A DNA stretch of 64,000 bases, taken from assembly GCA_018819925.1 (NCBI GenBank), contig JAHJPG010000096.1, positions 207 through 64,206 of the forward strand. The letters run 5' to 3'. The position numbers were made by a program, and so were the translations under genes. This document shows positions 17,065 to 27,951 of this stretch, in pieces; the first letter of the stretch is position 1; every line of letters starts with the position of its first letter. Source of the stretch: Pseudomonadota bacterium. Its GTDB lineage: Bacteria > Desulfobacterota > Desulfarculia > Desulfarculales > Desulfarculaceae. Under the pieces are notes generated by a model. It searched no databases and was not told the DNA's origin. It saw nothing but the letters and a program-made list of their open reading frames with translations.

Positions 17065-18111
17065 ATGATTCAGGAGGCCATTGCCAAGGCGGTTAGCGGG
17101 CGCGACCTGAGCGAAGAAGAGATGATCGGGGCCATGGACCAGATCATGGAGGGCCGGGCCACCCCCGCCCAGATAGCGGCCCTGCTGGTGGCTCTGCGCA
17201 TCAAGGGGGAGAGCCTGGAGGAGATAAGCGGGGCGGCCCAGGTGATGCGGGCCAAGGCCACCCCGGTGATCTGCCGGGCGGCGGCACGGGGCGAGTTGCT
17301 GGTGGACACGGTGGGCACCGGAGGCGACGAAGCCGGCACCTTCAACGTATCCACCACCACCGCCTTCGTGGTGGCCGGGGCCGGGCTCAAGGTGGCCAAG
17401 CACGGCAACAGGGCCGTGAGCAGTTCCTGCGGGGCGGCGGACCTGCTGGAGAGCCTGGGGGTGCCCCTGGACCTGGACGCCGAACAGATAGCCCTGTGCG
17501 TGGACGAGGTGGGGGTGGGCTTTCTCTTTGCGCCCGCCCTGCACGGGGCCATGCGTCACGCCATCGGCCCCCGCCGCGAGATAGGCCTGCGCACCATCTT
17601 CAACCTGCTGGGCCCCCTCACCAACCCGGCCGGGGCCACGGTGCTGGTGGTGGGGGTCTACGACCCCAAGCTGGTGGAGCCCTTGGCCCACGTGTTGGGC
17701 CGCCTGGGCGCGGTCAGCGCCTTTGTGGTGCATGGCGAGGGCGGCCTGGACGAAATCACCATCACCGGCGCCACCCGCATGGCCCGGCTCAAGGACGGTG
17801 TGGTGGATTTGCTGGAGATAACCCCCGAGGAGGTGGGCTTGACCAGGGCCCGTCTGGAGGATGTGGCCGGTGGCACTGTGGAGCAGTGCCGCGCCCACAC
17901 CCTGGAGGTGCTTTCCGGCCGGCCCGGCCCACGGCGGGACATGGTGCTCATGAACGCGGCGGCGGCCCTGGTGGCCGCGAACCGTGCCCAGGACATGGCC
18001 CAAGGGGTGGCCCTGGCCGCCCAGGTCATCGACTCCGGCGCGGCCCTGGACAAGCTGGAGCATCTGATCTCCTTTGCCAAGGGCCTGCGCCTCAAGGCGG
18101 CGGAGGCCTAG
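17065..18111 (+). CDS. trpD: anthranilate phosphoribosyltransferase
   Basis: DTVGTGGD..TFNVST, KHGNRAVSS.CG.ADLLE, RTIFNLLGPLTNP, HGEGGLDEI. Confidence 0.97.
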   Translation: MIQEAIAKAVSGRDLSEEEMIGAMDQIMEGRATPAQIAALLVALRIKGESLEEISGAAQVMRAKATPVICRAAARGELLVDTVGTGGDEAGTFNVSTTTAFVVAGAGLKVAKHGNRAVSSSCGAADLLESLGVPLDLDAEQIALCVDEVGVGFLFAPALHGAMRHAIGPRREIGLRTIFNLLGPLTNPAGATVLVVGVYDPKLVEPLAHVLGRLGAVSAFVVHGEGGLDEITITGATRMARLKDGVVDLLEITPEEVGLTRARLEDVAGGTVEQCRAHTLEVLSGRPGPRRDMVLMNAAAALVAANRAQDMAQGVALAAQVIDSGAALDKLEHLISFAKGLRLKAAEA

Positions 18112-18369
18112 CCCGCATATTTCATGAGGGTTGGGTGACATTCAACAACAAATCCGTATTCAGAGGGTCGTTATGAAAAAAGTATTCACAATATCAATGT
18201 ACAGTTTGTACCCATCACCGGCACAGCCAGCAGCCGGCAGACAAGGCGTCTGGCAAGCGAGGGCCGCAGGCGTAGCTAAAGCTACGTCGAGGCCCGAGCG
18301 CGGCCAGCAACACCGTATGTCGGTGGCTGGCGCAGCCGGACACACGGCTCTCATGAAATATGCGGGCTA
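18109..18369. mobile_element. 261-bp MITE-like element with perfect 20-bp terminal inverted repeats (copy 1)
   Basis: TAGCCCGCATATTTCATGAG (18109-28) / CTCATGAAATATGCGGGCTA (18350-69); colinear second copy at 61424-61684; no transposase. Confidence 0.85.
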
Positions 18370-18371
18370 AG

Positions 18372-19169
18372 ATGGCCGCATCCGACCTGGGCGTGCTGGC
18401 CCGCATCCTGGAGGCCAAACGGGAGGAGGTGGCCGCGCTAAAGGCCGCCAGGCCCCTGGCCGGGCTGCGCCGGGAGGCCGAGGCCGCCCCGCCGGCCCGC
18501 CCCTTCCTGGGCGCCCTGCGGGGTCACCCCCGCGTGCCGGTGATCGCCGAGATAAAGCGGCGCTCGCCCTCCCGGGGAGAGTTGGCCCCCGGGGAGGGGG
18601 TTCAGGCCAGGGCCCGGGCCTACCAGGCCGGGGGCGCGGCGGCTCTGTCGGTGCTCACCGATATGCCCTTTTTCGGCGGCTCCTTGGAAGATCTGGCCGC
18701 CGCCCGCCAGGCGGTGGACCTGCCCGCCCTGCGCAAGGACTTCATCATCGACCCGGCCCAGATTTATGAGGCCCGGGCGGCCGGGGCCGATGCGGTGCTC
18801 TTGATCGCCGCCTCCCTGGAAGCTCCCTTGCTGGCCGAGTTGTACCACCTTGCCAAGGGCCTGGGCTTGGATGTGCTCATTGAGGTGCATAAGGCCGAAG
18901 AACTGGAGCCGGTGCTGGCCCTGGACCCGCCCCTGGTGGGCATCAACAATCGCGACCTCAAGACCCTGGCCGTGCGCCTGGACACCAGCCTGGAGCTGCG
19001 CCGACTCATCCCGGCGGGCATTACCGTGGTGGCCGAGAGCGGCATTGATGGGCCGGAGCAGGTGAGGGGGCTGCGCGCCGCCGGATTGGACGCCTTTTTG
19101 GTGGGCACCAGCCTCATGCTGGCCCCGGACCCCGCAGCCACCCTGCGCGGCCTGGTGGAGACGGCATGA
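18372..19169 (+). CDS. trpC: indole-3-glycerol phosphate synthase (alternative start 18360 inside MITE TIR)
   Basis: VIAEIKRRSPSRG, ALSVLTD..FFGGS, LRKDFII..QI.EAR..GADAVLLI, GINNRDL, VAESGI. Confidence 0.96.
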   Translation: MAASDLGVLARILEAKREEVAALKAARPLAGLRREAEAAPPARPFLGALRGHPRVPVIAEIKRRSPSRGELAPGEGVQARARAYQAGGAAALSVLTDMPFFGGSLEDLAAARQAVDLPALRKDFIIDPAQIYEARAAGADAVLLIAASLEAPLLAELYHLAKGLGLDVLIEVHKAEELEPVLALDPPLVGINNRDLKTLAVRLDTSLELRRLIPAGITVVAESGIDGPEQVRGLRAAGLDAFLVGTSLMLAPDPAATLRGLVETA

Positions 19170-19730
19170 TTCCCAGGATCAAGATATGCGGCATAACCAA
19201 CTTGGCCGACGCCCTGGCCGCCTGCCGGTTGGGTGCCGACGCCTTGGGCTTCGTCTTGGCCCCCAGCCCCCGCCAGGTGAGCCCGGATCAAGCCAGGGCC
19301 ATCATCGCCCAGCTTCCCCCTCTGGTGGGCACGGTGGGGGTGTTCGTGGACGCCCCGCCGGTGGAGGTGTCCGTGCTGCGGCGTTACTGCGGCCTGGACT
19401 GGGTGCAGCTCCACGGCGACGAAGACGAGGACCAGGCAGCCATGCAGTGGCCCCGGGTGATAAAGGCCCTGAGGGTGGCCCCGGGCCGGGAGCCGGACCC
19501 GGCGGCCTATCCCGGCTGCGCCCTTTTGCTGGACACCTACCACCCCCAAGAGGCCGGGGGCACGGGGCAGAGCTTCGACTGGGGCCTGGCCGTGGACATC
19601 GCCCGGCGACGCCCGATTATCCTGGCTGGGGGCCTGAACCCGGACAACGTGGCCCGGGCCATAGAGCAAGTTCAACCATATGCCGTGGACGTTTCCAGCG
19701 GCGTGGAAAAAGAGAAAGGCGTCAAAGACC

Positions 19731-20956
<1,226 letters not shown>

Positions 20957-20960
<4 letters not shown>

Positions 20961-21760
20961 ATCCCGATCTGCGCGAAAAATTCGCCGCCGCGGCCCAGCA
21001 GGGCCGGGCCGCCTTTGTGCCCTATGTCACCGGCGGCTTTCCCGACGCCGACACCTGCCTGGAGCTGATCCTGGCCCTGGATGAGTTGGGTTCCGAGGTG
21101 ATCGAGGTGGGCATACCCTTTTCCGACCCCCTGGCCGACGGCCCCACTATTCAGCTCTCCAGCCAAAAGGCCCTGGAGGCCGGAGCCACCCCCGCCAAGG
21201 TGCTGGACACCATGGCGCGGGCCGCAGCCAAGACCAAGGCCGCCCTGGTGACCATGACCTACGTCAACCCGGTGCTGGCCATGGGCTACGAGGAGTTCGC
21301 CCGCCGGGCCTCCGGGTCCGGGGTCAGCGGGGTGATAATCCCCGACCTTCCCCCCGAGGAGGCCGGCCAGTGGCTTCAGGCCTGCCAAACCCACGGCTTG
21401 GACCCGGTGTTCATGGCCGCCCCGGGCACCCCCATGGAGCGCCTGGACCGCATCTTGGCGGTGGGCGGTGGCTTTTTGTACTACGTGTCCATGGATGGCG
21501 TGACCGGCGCGGACCTGGAATTGGGCCCGGAGCGCCTGGCGGCCATGCAGCGGGTGCGCGCCCGCTCCTCTTTGCCCGTGGCGGTGGGCTTCGGGGTGGC
21601 CACCCCGGCCCAGGCCGCCGCCCTGGCCCCGGTGGCCGACGGGGTGGTGGTGGGCAGCGCTCTGGTGCGCCAGGTGCATCAAGCCAAGACGCCCCAAGAG
21701 GCGGTGGAGGCGGTGCGGGGATTGGCCGGGGAACTGCGCCAGGCCTTGTTGGTGCGCTAA
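20957..21760 (+). CDS. trpA: tryptophan synthase alpha chain
   Basis: [62 protein letters not shown]. Confidence 0.97.
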
Positions 21761-21991
21761 GGGGCGGGGCCAATGCTCTGCCTAAAACATACCTGCTTGG
21801 TAGAATTTGGGAAGGTCCTGTGATAAAACAATAAATTACATGCGCGGATATCTCTGCCGCCCGCTTTCGGGCCGGCGGATCGTTTCCCATCAAGAACCGA
21901 ACGATCACCCTGGGGCATTTACGTGACCGTCAGGCGCCCCCCTGGCGGTTTGAGGCGTGAAACAGAGGGCCAACCTGGCGCACGGTGATCC

Positions 21992-23317
21992 TTGAACTTT
22001 GAAATAATCATCTTGATGGCCGAGGCGGTGGTGGTCTACCTGCTGGTGCTGGGCACCCACTCCCTGCGCCACCGCTTTGGCTTGGCCCATTATTACGCCC
22101 TCATCGGCGGGGTCACCGCCGTGATGTCCTGGGTCACCGACGCCGGCATCGCGGTCCATGTGTGGGGCGTCACCTTCGTGGTGGGGTCCACCGTCTTTTA
22201 CACCTCGCTGCTCCTAGGCGTGTTCGTGGTCTACGTCTTTGACGGGCTCAGGGCCACGCGCATCATCATCTCCACCGTGATCGGGGTTTCCATCATGGTG
22301 CCCTTGATCGCCGTGGTGCTCAATATTCAGATGAAACTCAGTGGCGCGCCTGCATTGGGTTTCGTGCCCTCGCCCAGTTTTCGCCTGAATGCCGCCTCGG
22401 TGTTCGCCACCACCATGGACATGGTCTTTTTAGCGGTGGCTTGGGAATACATGAACAACCGCTTCCAGTGGATTCCCATGGGCATCCGCGCCTTTCTAAC
22501 CCTGTTGGGAGTGATGTGGCTGGACGTGATTCTCTTTGCCACCGGGGCCTTCGCCGGCACCGGTCAGTGGCTTTCCATAATCCAGGGGACCGCCCTGAGC
22601 CGCCTGATCGTTTCGTGCTTTGCCGCGCCCTTGCTGTGGGCATATTTGTCTTGGCAAAACCGGCGCTGGGGCACCCAGATAACCCAGCGTCCGGTGCTGG
22701 CCATACTGAAGCAGTTCGCGCAGATGAAAAGGGAGCTGACCCAAGCCCAGGAGGAAATCGAGCGCCGCAAACGGGCGGAGCGGGCCCTGCGCGAGAGCCA
22801 GGAGCGGCTGCGCACCCTGGCCTCCACCGATGCCCTAACCGGACTGGCCAACCGCCGGCGCTTCCGGGCGGTGGCCAACAACGAGATTCATCGGGCGCGG
22901 CGCTACGGCACGGAGTTGTCCATGATCCTGATGGACGTGGATAGGTTCAAGCAAGTCAACGACACTTTTGGCCACGACGTGGGGGACCAAGTCTTGCGCG
23001 AACTGGCCGCCATCGGGCTGGCCAACATCCGCACCTTCGACCTCTTGGCCCGGGTGGGCGGGGAGGAGTTCGCCATGGTCCTGCCCGAATCCGACCTGGA
23101 AACCGCCCGCCGGGCGGCCGAGCGCATGCGGCTGGCGGTGGAGGCTCAAACCATCACGGTGGAGCACCACCAGGTCCGCATGACCATAAGCCTGGGGGCC
23201 GCGTCATTCAAGCCGGACATGAAGCAAGTGGATGATCTGTACAAGGCGGCGGATCAAGCCCTTTATCAAGCCAAAAAGAAGGGGCGCAACAGCGTGCAAG
23301 TGGCCGGCGAGCACTAG
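21992..23317 (+). CDS. membrane-anchored diguanylate cyclase with N-terminal VUT/YhhQ-like multi-TM domain
   Basis: C-terminal DALTGLANRR, DVDRFKQVNDTFGHDVGD, RTFD I-site, GGEEF; coiled coil; about 230-aa N-terminal region with about 7 TM segments. Confidence 0.88.
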   Translation: MNFEIIILMAEAVVVYLLVLGTHSLRHRFGLAHYYALIGGVTAVMSWVTDAGIAVHVWGVTFVVGSTVFYTSLLLGVFVVYVFDGLRATRIIISTVIGVSIMVPLIAVVLNIQMKLSGAPALGFVPSPSFRLNAASVFATTMDMVFLAVAWEYMNNRFQWIPMGIRAFLTLLGVMWLDVILFATGAFAGTGQWLSIIQGTALSRLIVSCFAAPLLWAYLSWQNRRWGTQITQRPVLAILKQFAQMKRELTQAQEEIERRKRAERALRESQERLRTLASTDALTGLANRRRFRAVANNEIHRARRYGTELSMILMDVDRFKQVNDTFGHDVGDQVLRELAAIGLANIRTFDLLARVGGEEFAMVLPESDLETARRAAERMRLAVEAQTITVEHHQVRMTISLGAASFKPDMKQVDDLYKAADQALYQAKKKGRNSVQVAGEH

Positions 23318-23506
23318 CCTTCCGGGGGCGCGAAGCTCCTAGTCAAGTATTTGCATTAAAGCCGGCAGGCCATTAAAGCGGTGGAGCAAACGCTTCATCC
23401 GCCCAAGCAGCATGGACGCGACATAGTACGACTATCCGGCGCCCGCTAGCCGCCGGGAGGCGCGAGTCGTCATTAGAGTGTTTGCTGTAACTAGCGCAAC
23501 TAACAG

Positions 23507-25258
23507 CTATTGCGGATCTTTTACTTCAGCCAGCTTGCGCCAAAAGGTGGCGGGATGCACCCCCAGGGCCTGGGCGGCATCGGCCACTGATCCGTAACGG
23601 CCCACCGCGTTTTGAATCAGATTCAGCTCGAATTCCCGCACCGCTTGCTTGAAGCTGGTCTCCTTACCCAGGTGGTCCCGGGCGAGCCGGGCGCCTCCCC
23701 GCAGTTCACTGGGGACATCGGCCAGGGTTATGGTTTCACCCTCGCCCATCACCATCATGGATTCCAGCATGTTCTTGAGTTCGCGGATGTTGCCGGGGTA
23801 ATCGTATTTGCGCAGCACGTCCACCACCTCGGGTCCGAGCTTTTTATTGAGGTTGTGCTGCTCGCAATAGTTTTGCACCATCTGGCGGGCCAGGGCGGGT
23901 ATGTCCTCCCGGCGCTCCCGCAGGGGAGGGATGACGATGGGGATGACGTTGAGGCGGTAATAGAGGTCCTCGCGGAAACGGTCCTGCTCCATCATGGCCT
24001 TGAGGTCCTGGTTGGTGGCGGCGATGACCCGCACGTTCACCGTCTTGGGCTGGGTGGCGCCGATGCGGGTAAAGCGGTTTTCATCCATGACCTCCAAAAG
24101 CTTAACCTGCATGGAAGTGGTCAGCTCGGCCACTTCGTCCAGGAATATGGTGCCTTGGTCGGCGGTTTCGAACAGGCCGGCCTTGCCCTGGGGCAGGGCT
24201 CCGGTAAAGGAGCCCGCCTCATAGCCGAAAAGTTCGCTCTCCATGAGCGACTCGGGAATGGCCCCGCAGTTGATCTTCACGAAGGGCTTGCTCCGGCGGC
24301 GGCTCATCTCGTGGATGATGCGGGCCAACATGCTTTTCCCCACCCCTGACTCGCCGCACAGGAGCACCGAGTTGTCCACGTTGGCCGCCTTCACCGCCTT
24401 GAGCAGCAGGTTCTTCATGGCCTCGCTGCGTATGACCATGCGTTCCAGGGCGTGGTCCAGGTTTATCTGCTCGGTGAGGGACTGGTGGTACAGGCTCTCC
24501 AGCTTGCGGGTTTCCTCCAGGCTGGCCTTGAGCTGGTTGAGCACCGTGAGGTCGCGCACGTTGATGACCACCAGGGAGATTTCGTCATTTTCGTCGAATA
24601 CCGGGGTGCCGGTGACCATCATGTTCCGGTCGCCCTGGATTTTCTGCATGATGGTCACCGGGGCGCGCCGTTTGCGCACCTGCATGGTGACCGAGCGGTC
24701 GATGATCTTGTCGCGCACCAACTCCTTGACGTTGCGGCCCACGATGTCTTCCCGCCTCAAGCCGCTTATGCGTTCGTAGGCGCTGTTCAGGCGCACGGTG
24801 TCGCCCTTGCCGTCCACCACGAACAGACCGTCGAAGGATGACTCGAACACCGCCTCCACCTCTCGGTACAGCTCCTGATAGCCGCGCAGCTGGGAGATGA
24901 TGGCCTCGTAGTCGGAGATGTCCTGAAAAACGCTGATAACCCCGATGATCTTGTCGCCGTCCATGATGGGGTTGCGGTTGGCGATGATGGTGGCCTGGGG
25001 AAGCTCGATTCTCATGCCGAGCTGGGGCTGGCCGGTGCGCAGGATTTCGCGTATGTCGGGCCAGGCCTCGGGCCGCACCTGGCTTAGGTGCTTGCCCACG
25101 GGGTGGGGGTTTTGGTTGCGAAAGATGCGGTGGGCGGCCTGGTTGTAGAGCAGCACGATGCCCTGGGCGTTGGCGATGAGGATTCCGTTGTGGGTGGAGT
25201 TCAGGGCCACCAGCCATTGGAATTGATCGAGGATTTGGTGATGGTGTCTTTGCTGCAA
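23507..25258 (-). CDS. sigma54-dependent transcriptional activator (PAS-PAS-AAA+-HTH)
   Basis: Two PAS-like regions; GESGVGKS, INCGAIP, ELFGYEAGSFTGA, FLDEV, FREDLYYRLNV, GNIREL; C-terminal Fis-type HTH. Confidence 0.93.
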   Translation of the reverse strand: MQQRHHHQILDQFQWLVALNSTHNGILIANAQGIVLLYNQAAHRIFRNQNPHPVGKHLSQVRPEAWPDIREILRTGQPQLGMRIELPQATIIANRNPIMDGDKIIGVISVFQDISDYEAIISQLRGYQELYREVEAVFESSFDGLFVVDGKGDTVRLNSAYERISGLRREDIVGRNVKELVRDKIIDRSVTMQVRKRRAPVTIMQKIQGDRNMMVTGTPVFDENDEISLVVINVRDLTVLNQLKASLEETRKLESLYHQSLTEQINLDHALERMVIRSEAMKNLLLKAVKAANVDNSVLLCGESGVGKSMLARIIHEMSRRRSKPFVKINCGAIPESLMESELFGYEAGSFTGALPQGKAGLFETADQGTIFLDEVAELTTSMQVKLLEVMDENRFTRIGATQPKTVNVRVIAATNQDLKAMMEQDRFREDLYYRLNVIPIVIPPLRERREDIPALARQMVQNYCEQHNLNKKLGPEVVDVLRKYDYPGNIRELKNMLESMMVMGEGETITLADVPSELRGGARLARDHLGKETSFKQAVREFELNLIQNAVGRYGSVADAAQALGVHPATFWRKLAEVKDPQ

Positions 25259-25414
25259 CCTAAAGCTCCTTGGGTTCGGTCTCCGCGCTTAATAGCTTAA
25301 CCTCGCAAAACAGCTAGTCACTTGCATTACTGCGAGACTTACTCATTAGAGTGCAAAATGCCTGTCCGAAACAACACATAAAAGTACAAAGCCCGTAATT
25401 TAGTGTGGATTTGG

Positions 25415-25428
25415 TCGCAAAAATGCGA
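25415..25428. promoter_or_regulatory. candidate upstream activator site TCGCA-N4-TGCGA (second copy TTGCA-N4-TGCGA at 25322-25335)
   Basis: Perfect palindrome about 85-100 bp upstream of the sigma54 promoter, between it and the divergent activator. Confidence 0.55.
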
Positions 25429-25510
25429 GGGGCGGTTTCCGACCCAAACGCGTTTTAAATATATACCTAGCAATATCAATGAAATGGCCTGTTGATTTTG
25501 CCGCTGGCGC

Positions 25511-25527
25511 CTGGCACGCCTATTGCT
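25511..25527 (+). promoter_or_regulatory. sigma54 (-24/-12) promoter
   Basis: CTGGCACGCCTATTGCT = TGGCAC-N5-TTGCT consensus; divergent sigma54 activator adjacent. Confidence 0.85.
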
Positions 25528-25628
25528 CTATAAAAACGAGATCATGTTTCGCGCGCTTCACGGTACTTGGCCACGTGGAGCGACACTGCCAAAGCGGCCA
25601 GGGGGGACTAGCTGGGAAAGGGGCGCCG

Positions 25629-26435
25629 ATGCCGTTCGTGCGGCTCCACGACATTAAAATATATTACGAAACCCTGGGGGATGGGCCACCGCTATTGATG
25701 ATAATGGGCCAGCGGCGCAACCACACCTGGTTCTACCGGCAGACCCAGGAGTTGGCCAAACACTTCAAGGTGATCCTTTGGGACAACCGGGGAGCCGGAT
25801 TAAGCGGCAAGCCCGATCGGCCCTACACCATCTCCGGCATGACCGAGGACGCGGTTAATCTCATGGACGCCCTGGGCCTGAACTCGGCCCACGTGCTGGG
25901 GGTTTCCATGGGCGGCTGCATAGCCCAGGAACTGGCCTTGGAGTTTCCCCAGCGGGTGCGAAGCCTGGTGTTGGCCTGCTCCTCCTGCGGGGGCAGCGAG
26001 GCCCTGGCCACCCCCGAGCACATCATGCAGTTCTACGCCAACCCAAATGGCCTGAGCCCCGAGGAAATCCTGCACCGCAATCTGAGAATATATTTCTCCG
26101 ACCGCTACCTGCGGGAGGCGGGGCAGGAGGTGGAGGGCTTTATCCAGATGGCCCTGGAGGACCAGCAGCCGGCCTTTGCCTTTAAAAGGCAGATGGAGGC
26201 CATGCGGGATTTCGCCTCGGCCAGCCGGCTGCCGGGTTTGTCCCGCCCCACCCTGATCCTCACCGGTTCCGACGACGAATTCATCCCCGCGGAAAACTCG
26301 GTGATTCTGGCCGGGCTCATTACCGATTCTTCGCTGATGATGTTTCCCCAGGGAAGGCATTGTTTCTTTATTGAAATGGCGAATCGGTTCAACAAGGAAG
26401 TCATCTCGTTCTTGCATCAGGTTGACAGGGGCTGA
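25629..26435 (+). CDS. alpha/beta hydrolase (enol-lactonase/esterase-like)
   Basis: Start MPFVRLHDIKIYYE; DNRGAGLS, GVSMGG, GSDD, GRH triad. Confidence 0.88.
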   Translation: MPFVRLHDIKIYYETLGDGPPLLMIMGQRRNHTWFYRQTQELAKHFKVILWDNRGAGLSGKPDRPYTISGMTEDAVNLMDALGLNSAHVLGVSMGGCIAQELALEFPQRVRSLVLACSSCGGSEALATPEHIMQFYANPNGLSPEEILHRNLRIYFSDRYLREAGQEVEGFIQMALEDQQPAFAFKRQMEAMRDFASASRLPGLSRPTLILTGSDDEFIPAENSVILAGLITDSSLMMFPQGRHCFFIEMANRFNKEVISFLHQVDRG

Positions 26436-26542
26436 TTTGTAAGAGTTTTTGGCGGTTGGTTTTTTCGCCTGGACAGGGGGGCAAAACCGGGGATTTTCGC
26501 AAAGAAAAAGTGATCGAAACCCAAAGGAGGGAGGACGAGTAG

Positions 26543-27847
26543 ATGAGAAAGACAATTGCGTTGTTGGCGGTGTTGGCGGTGTTGGCCATGGGGTTGGCCG
26601 CGCCGGCGGCAGCCCAGGACAAGGACTTCAAACTTGGGGTGTTGTTTTCCCTGACCGGGCCCTTTGCCCCGGCCGGGGCCCTGGCGGGCTACCGGGGCAC
26701 CATGGTGGCCGTGGACATGATTAACGCTCGCGGCGGCATTGCCGGTAAATACAAGGTGGTGCCCGTGGTGGCCGACGCCCAGAGCAACCCCGACGTGGCC
26801 ATCCGCGAGGGCCAGCGCCTGATGACCGTGGAAAAGGTGCCGGTGGTGCTGGGCGTGTTCTCCAGCGGCATCGCGGTTCCCCTGGCCCCCATGGCCGATA
26901 GGAACAAGAAAATCTTCTGGGTCATCATCGCCATCTCCGACAAGGTGGTCAAGGACCGCAACCTGAAGTACGTCTTCCGTGTGCAGCCCATGGGCTCCCA
27001 GTGGGGCCAGAGCACGGTGAAGTTGCTCAACGACAACTTTGCCAAGTTCGGGGTCAAAAAGGTCCAGGACCTCAAGGTGGCCATCATCCACGAGGACGGC
27101 CCCTACGGCAGCTCGGTGTCCAAGGCCAACAAGGCCATGGCCGAGAAGTACGGCATGAAGGTGGTTTTGAACGAGGCCTATTCCCACAAGACCAAGGACA
27201 TGTCCTCGCTGATCCTCAAGCTCAAGAGCGCCAAGCCCGACGCCATCCTGCACACCGGCTACTTCCCGGACGTGGTGCTGTTCTTCCGCCAGGCCCGTGA
27301 GTTGGGCCTGAGGACCAAGGCCATCGAGGGCCACGGCGCGGGCCACGCCAACATGCCCAAGCTGGCCGAGGCGGCCGGCGGCGATCTGATGAACTACTGC
27401 TTCAACGTGGACCCGGCCCCGGCCCAGATGCTGGACCGCAAGAAGCTGGCCCCGGGAACCGGCGAACTCATCGGCGAGTTCCTCAAGCGCTACGATGAGA
27501 AGTTCAAGGTGAGCAATCCGCCCACCCACGCCACCCAGGGCTTCGGCCACACCTGGATTTTGCTCAACGACGTGGCCCCCTTGGCGCTCAAGAAGTACGG
27601 CGACCTGAGCCCCGAGTCCATCCGCAAGGCCTCCTTGGAGATCGACATCCCCGAGGGCGGCACCCCCTGCGGCTATGGCGTGAAGTTCGCCCAGCCGGGC
27701 ACCGCCCTGTCGGGCCAGAACCTGCGCTCCTATCCGGTGGTGGTCCAGTCCATCAACGGCAAGCTGGGCATCGCCTGGCCGGCCGGCCTGCAAACCCTGA
27801 GCCCGGTGATCCCGCTGCCTGCCGACAGCCCGTTCGCCGAGAAGTAA
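26543..27847 (+). CDS. LIV/HAAT-family ABC transporter substrate-binding protein
   Basis: Signal peptide, KLGVLFSLTGPFA, INARGGI.G, DAQSNP, YVFR. Confidence 0.88.
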   Translation: MRKTIALLAVLAVLAMGLAAPAAAQDKDFKLGVLFSLTGPFAPAGALAGYRGTMVAVDMINARGGIAGKYKVVPVVADAQSNPDVAIREGQRLMTVEKVPVVLGVFSSGIAVPLAPMADRNKKIFWVIIAISDKVVKDRNLKYVFRVQPMGSQWGQSTVKLLNDNFAKFGVKKVQDLKVAIIHEDGPYGSSVSKANKAMAEKYGMKVVLNEAYSHKTKDMSSLILKLKSAKPDAILHTGYFPDVVLFFRQARELGLRTKAIEGHGAGHANMPKLAEAAGGDLMNYCFNVDPAPAQMLDRKKLAPGTGELIGEFLKRYDEKFKVSNPPTHATQGFGHTWILLNDVAPLALKKYGDLSPESIRKASLEIDIPEGGTPCGYGVKFAQPGTALSGQNLRSYPVVVQSINGKLGIAWPAGLQTLSPVIPLPADSPFAEK

Positions 27848-27951
27848 GACGCCCGGAGCCGGGGGGGCTCTCCCCCCGGCTCCTCAGCCTGATCCCAAAT
27901 CGCGCCTGATTTGGATTGCGAGGAACGGCCAGGAGCGGCTCGGGGAGAGTC

